A stretch of DNA of 64,000 bases from Laetmonice hystrix (lineage: Eukaryota): NCBI GenBank assembly GCA_965235115.1, contig OZ249436.1, positions 55,120,001 through 55,184,000 of the forward strand. Reading direction: 5' to 3'. The translations under genes and the position numbers were made by a program. A model generated the notes under the pieces. It worked only from the letters and a program-made list of their open reading frames with translations, ran no database searches and had not been told where the DNA came from. This document shows positions 39,251 through 53,145 of the stretch, piece after piece. Within the stretch, counting starts at the first letter, position 1. Each line of letters begins with the position of its first letter.

Positions 39251-41382
39251 ATTGGGGAAGGCCAGAGAGAAAAATGCTGGAAGGATACAAATCTATCCAT
39301 ATTATCACGCAGAGGAACAAGCCGACACTCGATCCATTCCCCACACCAACCCTCGCCCCATTTGTCGACCTTTACAAACAGCCAGGGGGTCCCTCCAAAT
39401 ATATTACCTGACTATTAAACTATGTGAAAGCAAACCATTGACTCCACTGTGAACTATTTCCACAAGAAAAATACATCTTAGGAAATCAGGCCTAATAGCT
39501 TTTGCGTGCTCTCTTTCACGTTCGCCTATTTTACGAAAACCTCGTTGTCTAAAACCACTGGAAGCCTTCTACAAAACGATCAACTTCAAACAAACGGGCA
39601 TCGTCAAAGCAAACGTTTACCGAACCTAGAGTCCCGCGTGGTGTCTGGAATATCACATGACCTGGCCACCTGGCGGCAGACGGTACACTCACCTCCATCA
39701 ACCACGCCCTCGGAGCCAAGGTCAACCGTCATCGGCCCAAATGGGAAATCGATTCGGCATCCCAGGCAAACCTTGAGATCATCTCGATCCGTTATAATAA
39801 TGAGACGATCCTAATCTGAGATTATCATCAGATAATAAGCTCCATTAATCTTGGTCACGTGTGGAGGGGCGACGGTATAATGAGGGCCTACAGCTGTAGA
39901 AAAACAACATCTGATAAACACAGCCACCAGGTGAGGTATGGCTCGATATTATACCCCTAATTACGAAATGATAATTATATACTAAGAAATCTGCATTTAC
40001 ATTCCTCCAGACACCAGACTTTTACTTGGAATACGATGAAGTTTTTTTAGCCGTCAGACTTTAAAAGGGGTCAGGGATTTTAAAGAGGGGCACACAAGAA
40101 AACTGTAAAAAAAGGGGTCTCTCGGGACTCAGGAGTAACGTGATTTAAAATTAAAAGTATCATTAAAAGGGGGTGTGGACTCCTTGGCACCTTCCCCCTG
40201 GATCCGCCCTGCTCCGTGTTTATACCCTGTAATAATGTATCCCTTCTCCACATTAAAAGGTTAACAATCGGACTGCATTCATTATTCCAACACGTCTTGG
40301 GGTAAATCTAGTGTGTCCTAATCTTTTTAATTATAGGCCTACGTAGGCCTAGTAGGAAAGCCTACGTTCATGCCTGGAAAATCATGGCTGGTGCGTATTA
40401 TTGTAAAATATGTTTATAAAACTACATTGTAAATACTACAATAGACCTTTTCAACGGTTTAACGTTCAGATCAGTCCTAATGTTTCCCGATGTCGGTGCC
40501 GTCGTGGGGGGAGGGGGGGTAACAAATGCTAACAGATGCCCATGGGGGAGGGGTCTAAGTTTTATATGTGACCTCCAGAATTACCCGCAGTGACCTATCA
40601 ATGCTAAGGTCATGAACAGAATTATTATTACAACACGGTCGGGGGGGGGGGGTGTTAAGTAGCTTACTTCGAATTGTATGGCCTTGGAAGTGGGTACCAA
40701 ATGGCTGGCTTTGTTAATGAGATGGGGTTTATCAATAGAATTGATAGGCAATAACTATTATACTAGACACGCCCACACACTGTCAAATGGTGTTTATATA
40801 TAAACAGCTTGGTTACCATAGAGGTTGGTTATCATGATTGTTAGTATTGTTAGATATAGGTCTATGTGGAAGATTGGGCCACTTTAAACATGCGAGAACA
40901 GGTTGTTAGAATTCTGTATTCATATAGGATAGTCATGGATAGGGGCATCTTTCTCTAGATTGGCACGTAGGCATACGTGCCGGATCTTGGGTGGGTCTAA
41001 GGGGTCCTTGGGATGAAACTTTACAGAAAACATGTCAAAAATATCTCACAGGCGAAAACTCAAGCCCAAAAAAAAGCGAATAATTCTACCCCACTCTGGA
41101 TCCGCCACTGGGAGGCTGCCAACCCCCGCTTGTATGTATGTCAACCATGGAACAAGAATTCAAAAACAAAATCGGTGATAGAGCGGGGCTTAACCCCCCT
41201 AGGGTTTCATTCTCCCTAGATCTAGATTTTGTATTATCTGATCAATACCACCTGATTCAATGCTCCACTTAATTAAAGGGGTTGTCTCACGAATGTCAAG
41301 TCATTATGTGGCGTTTCACAAACAAACAAAAAAAGTCTGCATTGCGGTTCTATGTGCTTATCTTACATAACTATGTGCTTAA

Positions 41383-41855
41383 AGGAAATCTGTCCGAAAA
41401 TTGAAATAAACGCAGTCAATTCAACAAAACTTGAGTAAAAACAATTATTTTAAGGGGTTTCTAGCAGTCTGGTACCATGGAGCGTTCATATCGACAATAT
41501 TTTTATTTAATTAATTAAGCGTTTATCTATTTGGCTAGAGACGAGAGCACGCGAATGAAATCATGCCCTTATTTGGATTATGGGGGGAGGGCAGGCGGAG
41601 CAGTGCGAGGTAACGCATGCGCCCAATCCCGTTGCTTAGTAACGACCGCCCTAATAATGCTAACGCGGTCATGGCGGTCGTTCTCGGTTCTCAGTCCATT
41701 GAGATGAAAAATATGGGATGTATCGCCTCATTATATGGCTCATAATCAACAACAGACCTAGCACAACAATGTTATGGATACGACAGAATGTGGTGAGGAA
41801 GTAGGTAAGCATGAATCTGAAGATTTCCCAGAATTCCGTGAAAGAGACATTGCCT
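41383..41855. mobile_element. Possible non-autonomous Kolobok-like element (TTAA|AGG...CCT|TTAA)
   Basis: Imperfect 12-bp TIRs with TTAA flanks; an alternative left end lies at about 41276. Confidence 0.4.
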
Positions 41856-44152
41856 TTAATAAATTCACCTGAGTTTTAAAAAAGTAGACCTGTCTAATTC
41901 TGAAAGTTTACAATTAACAATGCACCGTATTGTTCTGACCTAATGACACAAATAGACCACGTAGGTGACCGGGCGTGCCCTTGAAGTACAAACGAGATCC
42001 CTAGATCACAATATATGACCTACTTAGTGCTCATATGCCACAGAAAAATGTGTGAACAATGTCATCAACAGGTGTTTGTTACTGAACAATGGAGGGTTGA
42101 ACACTTTTATGAATTCATCGCTCTAACAAGCGGTGCTACCACTGGCACATCTAAAACCAATGTCATAATGTCACTGTTTCAGCATTGTTCTCTGAGTACA
42201 TGTATACCTTGGCCCTGCCCCAACGTCGTATTACATGTAATTAATCAAATGAGAAACAAACAAAAAAAAACAAAAAAAAAATAAAAAGGCCGTTGGGTTT
42301 GCGACAGGGACCATAACCAGGGGTACGTTTCAGAAGTCTGGTTTGTCGGGGAGCTAAGTCTCATACAAATGTGTTTTCAATAGGAATTTTAACCCTGAGA
42401 ATAACAACATTTGTGGGTTCTTACTTCACGTTGTCGGCGCGTTACATGGGCGGCCTGATAATCGGAATCTGTATTTAGCATGTTGGTATTTTTTTTATTA
42501 TTTTTTTGTCTGCAGTCCACAATAATTATTATGAGGCATTACTCCCTGGGGACTAATTGCGACATATATTATGCACAAATTTTATAGATCCAAAATTCCC
42601 TTTGGTAAATTAAAACAAATATGAAAAGAATTTAATTGGGCTAATGAAATGTTGTTTTTTTAAATACAGCGTTGTGGTATTTTGTTCAGAGATGATTATA
42701 TACGTACGTACTGAAAGCCTGAATCACTTTGTTACAAATGGGGCAATTATTATGTCTGTAATATCACAATGTACGGTAGTTTTCCCATTTAACATCAAAA
42801 CAGACTTGCTAACCCCGCCCGGACTTCCAACGCATCAGTAAAAGTCATCACAGAAATTTCTGAAGCATTCTCGCACGGAATGGACAATGCACCCTCCTAT
42901 ATTCAAGCTGTCATTGAATGGAAAATCACTATGAAAATCGGTTATGCCACTAACATTATGTTTCACAGTTGAAATGGATAATATACTTATACTAAAGTGG
43001 GGTGATGAATTGCTGACACTACAAGAGATTATATAGCTATGGAGGCTTGCTGAAAGTGTGCCTAGCAATAGCAGGCTACTATTATAAATAACTGTGTGTT
43101 TGTTCAAATTAAACCTTCAAACTGCCTATAGGGCAGTTTCACTGGAGAACACACCCTGGGTCCAATACCTTTCACAATATATAACATGACAAATCAACTT
43201 CTAATCATAGCCTAAATATGTCTCATTCTAAAAAAAAGAACATAATGAGAGGACCCCCGAAAAATTTAGGTGTTGAAAATAATAACACCGGTGCTTGATC
43301 TCCTCTAGGACTACGTCCGTGAAAAATAATTGATGATCATTGCCGTAACTCTACAGCGCTGAGGAGGTTGGAAATATCAAAATAATGTACGTGATTCAGA
43401 TGACGTAAGATTTGTTTTATTTTTGTAGGCCTAACCTGAACGGTCATGACAACTACATGCAAACACTCAAGTAAGATTTAAGCTGTGAAGGCCGGATAAC
43501 GTGCATCAGTGCTGCCCTCTGGTGTTTTCATCTATAACTACAACATGCAGTCATGGGCGAACAACGCCGCACGCGGGCGCGCCCAGAGACGGCCACCAAA
43601 CGCTAGTCAGTCAATATGATAACTTGAGGCTTAGCTCCTTTGGTCGTGTTCACTACAGAATCCAAAGATTTCCCAGCCTTAAGTTTGGCATGATGTGACG
43701 GTTTGAAAGTAATCTCAGTCTGGCGGGTTTCACGCCCGCTGAAGGTATATAAAGTGCTAGGTCGTCCACTTCGTGGTAAGACTTTAAAGTAGTTAAATAT
43801 GTATAGATAGACCTATACATCTGTTAGGGGTAGGACTAGGGGTATGAAGATAAAGTATTATATTATATTAATGTACAATGGAATATTAATTATACACGTA
43901 CAGTTGTACATATATATATCCGTCCGACCTGCCTTCCGGGGGAATTTGGAAATCTGTTAGCTCAAGAGCTGCAGTACGCTTGAGAGGCCTACAGCTCTTG
44001 AGCTTGGGCAGTGAATTCCAACTTAAGTTCTACGAAAAAAAGCTAATCTCCTTGTCCTATTTTCATTTTCAACTGAAAAATGTCTGCCTAATCCGAAAAA
44101 CTTACACGTGCATTGAAAAAAGCAACAATTTAAAAAAAGACTTTAGACTTAC

Positions 44153-44904
44153 TGTTTGGTTGTTTTGTGTGTACCTCTGGGGGAGGACCCTGTTGACGGG
44201 ACGTATCGATGATGTTCTTTCTCGTGACAGTACTCCTCATACTCCGACACAGTTGACAGAGAAAGTCCTTCACTCAGTAAATCCTCAATATCCAACTCCT
44301 CTGGTGTCTCATCATTAAAATCATACTCTTCATCTGAAAAATCGTAATCCAGGTCATCCTGCAAGAAATTCTTCCTCGGCGACCGAATTCCGTCCTTTTC
44401 ACAGTGCCCTGTCATAAACTCATTTGGCTCGTCCTCTTCGCTTAATTCAAGGTCACTTTGAAGGTCAAGGTGATGACCGGTATAATTCCGAAAAAAGGCC
44501 TGGTGTAGTCCCGGTGGACTTATCCTGTGGGAGTCGGGAGGTGACCTGATGTCATGGTATACAGGACTTCTGGCGTTGGGATCCTGAACCAGGGCCAGTT
44601 CGTTGCGGATGTAGTGATTGTGGACAGCCACCCGCCGTAAGTCCTCGAGTCCCGTTACAAGGTTGGAAGTGAGCATCATTCCGGGCAGGTAGCTGCCATA
44701 GGAGGCCCGGCTACCGTTGGTACCACGGTCATGGTCTGGAGAACGACGGGGAGAGTCTTTGTACCAACAGTCGGCGTCCTCCTCCTCCTCCTCACTCATC
44801 GTATGACCTTGGTCGTGACCTTGTCTCAGATGGTGTCTGTGATCCAATGTCAGCTCCTGGTCAGGGGTCCCAGGAATTCTCTCCCACACATCATTCACTG
44901 GATT
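44153..44904 (-). CDS. Large coding exon (250 codons + 2 nt) of an unidentified minus-strand gene; acidic, low-complexity N-terminal region
   Basis: Pyrimidine-rich acceptor TTCTATTCTTACTTGCAG at 44905, donor CA|GTAAGT at 44152, and 752 nt open in one frame (NPVNDVWERIPG...THKTTK) with protein-like D/E/S composition. Confidence 0.75.
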
Positions 44905-45199
44905 CTGCAAGTAAGAATAGAAGGTATAAGGTAACAGTAAGATATCCACACTTTGAACCAGAGGACAACTGCGTCTTGGTTTAAAAAAGGGGCCAAAATA
45001 CCACCCTTCATTTACAAATATCAATTTTCAGTAAACAATGAACTTGGAAATTCCGCAGGGTGTTCTACTCTACCATTTTAAAAGGTCCGTGTACGCTCTC
45101 TGATGCTAATAAAAGTTTCTTTATGAACACCAACCCAATCATTACATAGTCTGCACAACTATTTCTAATAATATCTTATATAACACCACGCAGGACCAG

Positions 45200-45488
45200 G
45201 CCCCGGTTTCAGAAAGGCTCTAAGCAACAAGCTTGAAGCTAAGCACGCCGACGATGGCCCATGAGTACACACACTTTAACTTTCTACATTGATTTTCATG
45301 GACATTTTCACGGCAGTTGAAATATCACCGCAGTAAAAATATTACTCCACGATTAAATTATTATCACTGTCAAAATAGCGATGAAAATCAATGTAGAAAT
45401 TTAAAAACACTAAACGTATGTCCCTATGGGCTGCCGTAGCTCTGCTTAGCTTAAAGCTTGCTGCTTAGAGCCTTTCTGAAACCGGGCC
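45200..45488. mobile_element. Fold-back (near-palindromic) Harbinger-like MITE with a CAG TSD
   Basis: CCCGGTTTCAGAAAGGCTCTAAGCA pairs with TGCTTAGAGCCTTTCTGAAACCGGG; inner TTCTACATTGATTTTCAT pairs with ATGAAAATCAATGTAGAA; CAG at 45197-45199 and 45489-45491. Confidence 0.88.
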
Positions 45489-48400
45489 CAGGTTTACCAG
45501 GGTAAATACCTGTTACCCGTATTTATTTATAGATATACTACCTGAACATAAGTACCTAATAATGCCATAGAACTACCTTATTGTCACATTCTTTGTGTAT
45601 GATTTTTAATGTTGTAGATACTTAACAACATGAATGGTTCGCCTAACCTCACTTCATCTCTGAGAATAACCTCTGAAAAGAAAACTCTGGATGAGCCAGA
45701 TTAATATCTACCATAATTACTGGCTACCCCGTCGATCGGATTATCCTCTTTGTACCCCTGTAACCCCCTCCCCTTCCCCTAGCCAACCAGAGGGTTTACT
45801 TGTAATCCCACAAAAGATTACTTTTTAAACAGTGCTTAGGATACGTGTGATCTAGATAATCCATTTATCTTCTATGTGCATAACATGTATATGATGTTAA
45901 CCCCACTTATAGGACTAGTGGCTTATATCAAACTGTTTTGCAGGATAAAGCTTCACAAGAACCATAAGACACCATTGATATAAAGACTTAAGTTTCTTAA
46001 ATTCCGTACTTAGTTACTTATTACGTTTTCTAGAAAGTCATCATGTCAAGTGTCAACGCCTTTTTCAAACTAAATATATTTTACTTGGACACATAAGGCA
46101 GATAAAGAATTCTTTCTAGGACTGGATACAACATTTGCTAAGGTCGGAGAGCAGCATCGGTTCACTGTGACCAGTCAGCTCCGCCGAGTTTTTAACTCTA
46201 CCACAACAGCAAACGTATGTATGTATACATATAGAAATATCCTATCTTGAAAATGCCGAACGCTGAAACATGCTTTCTAAAAGATTATGTGCCTCAGAGA
46301 TTTGTTTTGGTTCTGAAAGGAACAAATCTTGCTTGACACTAAATGCCGTGCGGAGTACCGATCTTTTAAGTCTATAATTACAGATGACAACTAAATTGTC
46401 TTTTCTTCTCTGACTGAAATTCAATTTAGTCTAGTACAGTGACCTCTCAACCCCTATACCTGATAACTCTACAGCTCAACGTCATATCTAATATTGTACC
46501 GTGAACTTGAGTGACAACTTAATATTGCCTGATTGATAAAACGGCATGGATTGATGAAATTTAAGATAAAGAACTCGAGCTCTCTTCCCTAAGTGGAATA
46601 TTATAGGGTTTGTTAATGGTATGCTGTCCACACTAATACTGGTTCGGTCCACCATTTTCAGACAGGACCTAGGGGTTAGAGGTCAACAAGCTCCCTCCGA
46701 CCTCCCCAGACCGCCAAGAAATAATGATACCCCTATATCTGTCTATCCTATCTCTTGCACCCCGCCCCCTGGCCGACAATCCGTTCCAATTCCTCCCAGC
46801 GTTTGATGACCCAAGGCATCGATCAACACTCTGCCTGTTTGCACAGGTTTAGGCCTATAGATTGAAAGGTTCTTTTCTTAGAAAATCGCCTGGCCCTCAA
46901 CGTACAGTACGCTCTGCTCAAGGAGGCTCTTAACCTCCACCTTCCCACACATCATGACTGTACACATTGCGGCCAGATCCACGCACTTTTTGTAATGTAA
47001 GCAGGACACTTATAACATGTGTTCAGTGTTAATTTGTACACGTCATGTAAACTGACATCAAAATACCGGTACTCACAAAAAAGTCTTCAGATCTTGACAT
47101 CGCTATCCCATGCAGCACAGTGTGTGATAGCATCAACTTTTAAAAATCCATAGGCAGCCAAGGATTACGACAACCCCTCCTGTACGAATCCAGTATTACG
47201 TTCCTGCTATTCCAACGAGCATCGTAAACTATATTCCACACGTGCATAATATAGGCCTACTCCTGTGATACATTTTTGTGCGGAGACCTGTTGATAAACG
47301 CGCGTCAGCCCTGTGATTGCCGTATGTGTGTAGGCATGCGCCGTCCCAGCGATGCCCGTCACTGATCGGTCATTGACTGTCCGAGACTGACCAGCTGCTC
47401 TCCGACCACCAGACCGGAACACCGCGGGACAAATGAACCCTCCCTGGTCACTTTGGTCAGTCTCACAAACTTGACGCGAACCAATACTCGCTTGAGTGCC
47501 TTCTTCAGAGTCAGCAATTCGACCCTGATTGACCCCTGCAGCTTTCGGTAATGAACCATCGCTAGGGTAACACCCCGGAGGGTAAAACGTATATTGACGC
47601 AATAGAGAGTAATGCCCTGTTATAGGTCTCAGATGTACTTTGAGGGAATGTGCTCCACCAAAAAACATCAGTTATGTAACATGATTTAAAACGTCGTTCC
47701 GTTCCCACCTTTCAGGGAATTACCAGTCCCAATTTACAAAAATTCTTGAAATAAAAAGGGGCAGGGGACGATTAATTTCTCTTGAGTCTTTGATGTGTGA
47801 TGCAGCACATGCCATACAGGAGTATACTCACTAATGGTACTCTCACTTTCTTGGCACATCACAAGTATTCACGGTCTATTTGGTTCCGAACCAAGCAAGA
47901 CCACTTACGTAACGTCCAATTAATTGAACACCTCCCTGGACGAGTACGGCCACTGAATGCCTCAAGGCGACAACGTCACGCCCCCTGGTGCACGGAGACG
48001 GAACCACATCACAGGCACTGTGTGCTTTGTTCCCTGAAGGCTGAGACCTTTGGAAATCTGCTACTGAGTAAGCGAGGGAAATCAAACTCAAATGTTGCTG
48101 ATGACATTTAGATTCTAAAGTTGGTAAGAAATATAACTCTACAAAACAAAATAATCCGGAATCATTTATCACGACATCGTGTCTGGTTTCGATGTACGAT
48201 ATTAATTAAAATTACTTTTAAACATGTAGATTTAAACTTATGCAGATTTTGGAAGGTGTTTTTAAGTATAGATCTACTTACTGAGGGGTGTTTTTATCAG
48301 AATACCTCTTCATAAAGTGTCTTCTCATCCGTAAGTCGACAAGTAGAGCTAATCACAGATGATCACATGGTGAGAGTGAGACATACACTCTAAGTCGTTT

Positions 48401-48872
48401 GGTGATATACTCAATGACATCCAAAACCATTCCTCCTCTACCTGATGACAACCACGCCCGAGGTTTAATGTCCCCGGCTTGACAAGAACGCTGCCGCAGC
48501 TGTTCTACACATGTGTGGTGTCAATCATAGCAACCTGTTGACCCTTGACACATAAATCCTTTATACAGCTCACATTGCGAGGCGTCCAAGCACATCTCTT
48601 CAAAGTAGAGGTTGTCGTATTCCACGCGTATAGATGGACTTCAGGAGATGACGATGGCGATGAGGAGGCCTTGTTCTGGATGTCGCAATTCGCCGTATAC
48701 CTAATTGAGGTCTCGCTTTTCTATTTTGTCGTAATTCACTTAGTCTTCAGCAGATGAAGATGATGATCCCTTGTTCTGGGTCTCTTAATTCGCCGTACTC
48801 TTTGCCATCTCGCGTTTCGATATGCTCAACTTGATTCCCGATGCATGATCAGCAGAGGCAGACAATACTTAC

Positions 48873-48875
48873 CAT
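48873..48875 (-). CDS. Putative start codon at the very end of an upstream, mostly non-coding exon, spliced in phase 0 to the 44904 exon
   Basis: GATATG|GTAAGT donor with an in-frame TAA upstream. Joining gives M-NPVNDVWER. CCAAT boxes lie upstream at about 49290-49370. Confidence 0.45.
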
Positions 48876-51800
48876 ATCCGTATATCCTCGCACTTAAAAC
48901 TTGTCCGAGTTTGAGTCGACCCAAGTCTCAGCGAGTTGGTCCCTGTCCCCATGCCAGTTGGTCAATGTGAGACTGACAGGCCAACATGCACCAGCCTCCT
49001 TTGCTAGTATACCTTTAAAAAAACTTGTGATGCGAATACCTGTACGTGCCTCTGACCTTTGACCTCAAACCTTCTGGTGTCCTGTGACTGCCCTGGGACA
49101 ATCAGTCGGTCAGTTCATGATAAGAGTCAATGAGACAGTTATTTGGCCGGAGGGATCAGTCGGTATATGACTTTGTATGAGGTATAAATCGAAGCACAGA
49201 TTGACTACTGCTTCTCTATGGTTTGCCTGAGAGAGATGTAGCCTGTCGTAGCCCAGCGGCTAGTCCCAGCTGCCTGCGTCACGGTCACGGTTCATTGGTC
49301 AGCCAATCAGAGGGAGAGAGCGCTGATCTGAAACACACGGCTGACACTGATCTCTCTCCGTTATCATTGGTTAATTATGTACAACAGGCTGCATGTGGAC
49401 TGCGAGTCTGGTCGGTGATGCTCACTCAACCATGACATCATCTCTCATGCGCGTCTCAGAGTTATGAAGATCATGGGAAAGTTTGCGGTAGTTCTCAGGA
49501 CTATTAATCTCCTGGGTAAGCCTAGATCGGGGAAGGGGACCGCTCATCCCAAATATTTTCCACATATATTATGGCAGGTAAGTTGGGGGGGGGGGGGGGC
49601 AGTGCCTGCTGAGCAAGGCCCAGGTGTCAATTCCAGTGTCAATGTTGGCGATTCAGGCCCAATAATAATTAAAAAACTGGAAACTAAGAGGTTAGTAGGT
49701 TTTTACTAACATCTTAGTCATACAGATTTTCAGTGCATTTGGATTGTATACTACTGTCCACTGCCAAAAGGCTTTCTGCCGTTCCTGCTTGCTGGGGTAT
49801 CTGCTTCAGGGCAGACTACTAAAGATATTCTGGAACTACATGTACCTTTCTAAATTGTAAGGTTTTCGTTGTACGGAATGTACATCAAGTTGAGGTTTTC
49901 GTTCGCATCTAGCTGCAAATAGGACTTAAATGTCGTAATATGTTTGGAATCTCAATTCAAGCTTGGATTAAGGAGGGGGTCTAGATGTATTTAAATACTT
50001 CTTTTCTTTGAGACTGACTGAGATAAATATGATCTACAGAATGTTCACTTTTATCAAAACTACCGGTAACCGGTACATGTATTATGTAAACAAAATGTAT
50101 CTTTTGTCATACGTTTCCCTTTGTTCTGAAACTGAACATTACTGTGTTCCTAAACATCCGCTCAGGGCTCCCTCTTTGATAGACCGCACGTGGCTATGGA
50201 CCCCGGGGATGGCCCACCTGGGCCCACCTGGGCCCACCTGGGCCCACCTGCTGGGGCAGTGTTCCTCCTAACAGTATTTTTCTAAGAGCACCCGGCTCAC
50301 ATTCAGCACATCTGCCATTTGGACTCCCCCTCCACGCACCACCAACTTTAATTCTCTATATAAACTTGCGGCCCTTTCTTTGCCAGCTCTAATGGTAAGT
50401 TTCACTCTCTCCCGCCGAGTAACTCACTCAGAGTGAACCCCCCTGCAGGCCGGTCAGAACGCTAGGGGTCGCTCGCTCACCCTGACAGGTCCCCTGACCA
50501 TGGTCAGCCTTGTGAACTGAGGGGTGGAAGGGTCACATAACACGGCCTCAGGGCCCTCGGTGGGGGTCAAGGGGCCAATCGGCCCACAATGCTTAAAATA
50601 TACCTGCCGCTTGTGGGTGGGAGCACAGGTGACTGTTTCAAACCAACATTGAAAAAAAAAGTTTGTTTTAATAGTGTCATTTCTTGAACAAACAGGAAAC
50701 AAAGCAAACAGTACTCAACAAAAGAACGTTTTTTCATGCTAATATGAGAATGGCTTGACAGGTCAAATTAAGTTCACATTCATGTGTGCACAAATTTCCA
50801 CAGTACACGACCCATTCACGCAGTCGTTGTCTTGTTAAGTAGGCCTTGTCCCAGCGGATTTGGGTAAATTCTCAGATGTTTAATTTCAGATTTCTTCCAG
50901 GTACCCGTCGCTGGGGAGCTGCATGGGTAAAGGTCAGTAGCATGGAACATGCAACTTTGATGGTAAGGTCATGCACCTGACCAGCCTGATGGCGAGGCAG
51001 AATCATGTCAGAGGAGATTCATTCATACGGGCATTGATGAGTAGCCCCTGACCAATCAGACCCAATAACCAATCAATACCTCATCAGTAATACCACACAG
51101 ATGCGCATTATTGCCAACACACACAAAACAAATCAATTAAGCCCTGCAATGAGGCCATGTCAGAGGGGGCCGTTAGAGGGAATCTCCGAATCTCCTGTCA
51201 TAATTAGCTTAATTAGTTTGAACGATTCTTATTCTTACTGTACAATATACACAAGCTAAACTTCTTAACCTTCATGGTAAACTTAAGGGGTTTAAACATG
51301 TATACATTTACACTACATATAGGCCTACACTGTACTGATAAATAACGGTTAATATGTATTAAACGATATGTATTTAAAACATGAGGTAAATGCCAAAGCC
51401 GAACAATGTGAACTCAACCCGTGATTTCGAAAAACATCTTGGGAAACTCTTCATGAATCTGTTCTATCTCTGTACCTAATCTGAATTTTAACAGTCTTTT
51501 GTGAATGGGAAGTAAATTTGTGAAATCCCGTGCGGTATACTTTGTGATTGTTCTGTGACTTCGAATGATAGATGTTTTTCTTTCCTCGCGTGCTCGCTGG
51601 GCAACAGGCCAGATTCTGTCGTCATCATTTCCAGCAAATAAACCTTCATTGCCGCTGCCCCCGGCGTACAAAGGCTCTAAATGAACCTACTAATCACCCG
51701 AGTTGTGCTCTGTTGTATAATTAATAAAGACATGCCTACTGCTTCCAAAAGTTGGCATCAAATGGTAAGAGCGTTGTTTCATGGTCGCTATGATTCACAT

Positions 51801-52389
51801 ACGGCTAGTTTGGCTGCTTTCCGAATTAAATTACTTTGACGACGAAAACAAAAGCCAACTGCATGGGTGAACTTTTTTTAAGATATCATTCATACTAAAG
51901 ATACGCTGCGATTGTAACAAGGATGGGCATCTGCGTCGATTTTTTCTAATACTTGACCATACACCTCCGTTTACCAGATTTCCCACATGGACCCCCCCCC
52001 CCCCTTCTCCCTTTCCCAAATCCTGTCTAGATCTGCCCCTGACATTCTAAACCCGGCATTGCTCCAAAGGTGATGTCCACTCTTTCCCAATAAATGGGTT
52101 AATACGTTTGTTAGACCCCATCGCTGCGCAAGATCACGAGTGCTCTATACTAAGTACATTCTCACATTTTGTGGTTGTGAAATCGTAGGTTTGTAGACGA
52201 CAAAACACACACACGATGGTGTGTGTCCACGTGGCTGGGGTCACGTCTTACGTGGGAGGGGTCAATATTATATGTGAGGCACACCTGCCTATCCAACTGC
52301 CCACCTACCTGGCCCGTAATGCGCTGGGATCAGAGGTGGCCTGGGCATCCCATCCTCGAGCCAACCATTCACTGCCCCGACTCACTATA

Positions 52390-52742
52390 AGGCCAAAAAT
52401 GTTTCTTTTCTTTTTCCCCACGCAACCCACTGAAAGCGCCAACGTCACGCCCTTTTCTTTTTTTTCTTAAAAAAAAATCCAACTGCATCATATTGGCAGT
52501 GTATACTACGTGATAGAACGTTGCTTGTGGTTCTTTGGCGTGTGGTGGAGCAATTAGCTGTTTTCCTTACGATTTTTTAATAAAAACAATTGAACATCAT
52601 TGCTTTAGCTTTGTTTCCTTTACGATGTCTTCATGTGACCAACACCAATCGGAGACCAACTATTTTAAAGTTTCCCGCCCCGCAAGAAAAGCTGTCAAAC
52701 TTTTTATATGAAAGGACAGGAAACGATACTTCTTGTGGCCTA
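52390..52742 (-). mobile_element. MITE family copy (TAAGGCCA...TGGCCTAA ends)
   Basis: Short TIRs with TAA flanks; homologous to 31596-31930. Confidence 0.65.
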
Positions 52743-53145
52743 ATGACACACCGCTATGTGTGGGGGAGATTATACCACCTAGGTGTATACCGTAAGTACA
52801 TGTATACCATTCCCACAACCTCTGGTCTGTTTACCAGCCGGTCTTTATCAATGTGATCGGGAGAAATAAGACGGCGGAGTCAGTGAAAGTGTACGTGGTT
52901 CTTGGGTTCGGGTAGAAATCAACCCTGTACAAATATAGATCATCGCTGAAATGTGATCTCGGAATGTGTTGACCACTTGAAATATAACCCCGCAATAGAA
53001 TCTGCAATAAACCTACTTCTAGTCAAAACACTATAAAAGAAGCAAGGCCCTGATTTCTATCCCAAAAAAAATCATTGGAGTGTGTTCATCTTGCCGTGAT
53101 TTAGAGAGCTTAAGATTACACATACGACCGTTACACCGAATTAAC

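Noticed and set aside
44905..45024. N-terminal 40 aa of the listed 291-aa ORF
   Set aside because: Lies upstream of a clear splice acceptor and starts at TTG; interpreted as intron.
47207..47668. 153-aa minus-strand ORF
   Set aside because: No motif and no convincing acceptor or donor.
23859..48875. Naming the multi-first-exon gene (for example PDE4/dunce)
   Set aside because: The architecture is compatible, but no conserved domain exon is visible in the window.
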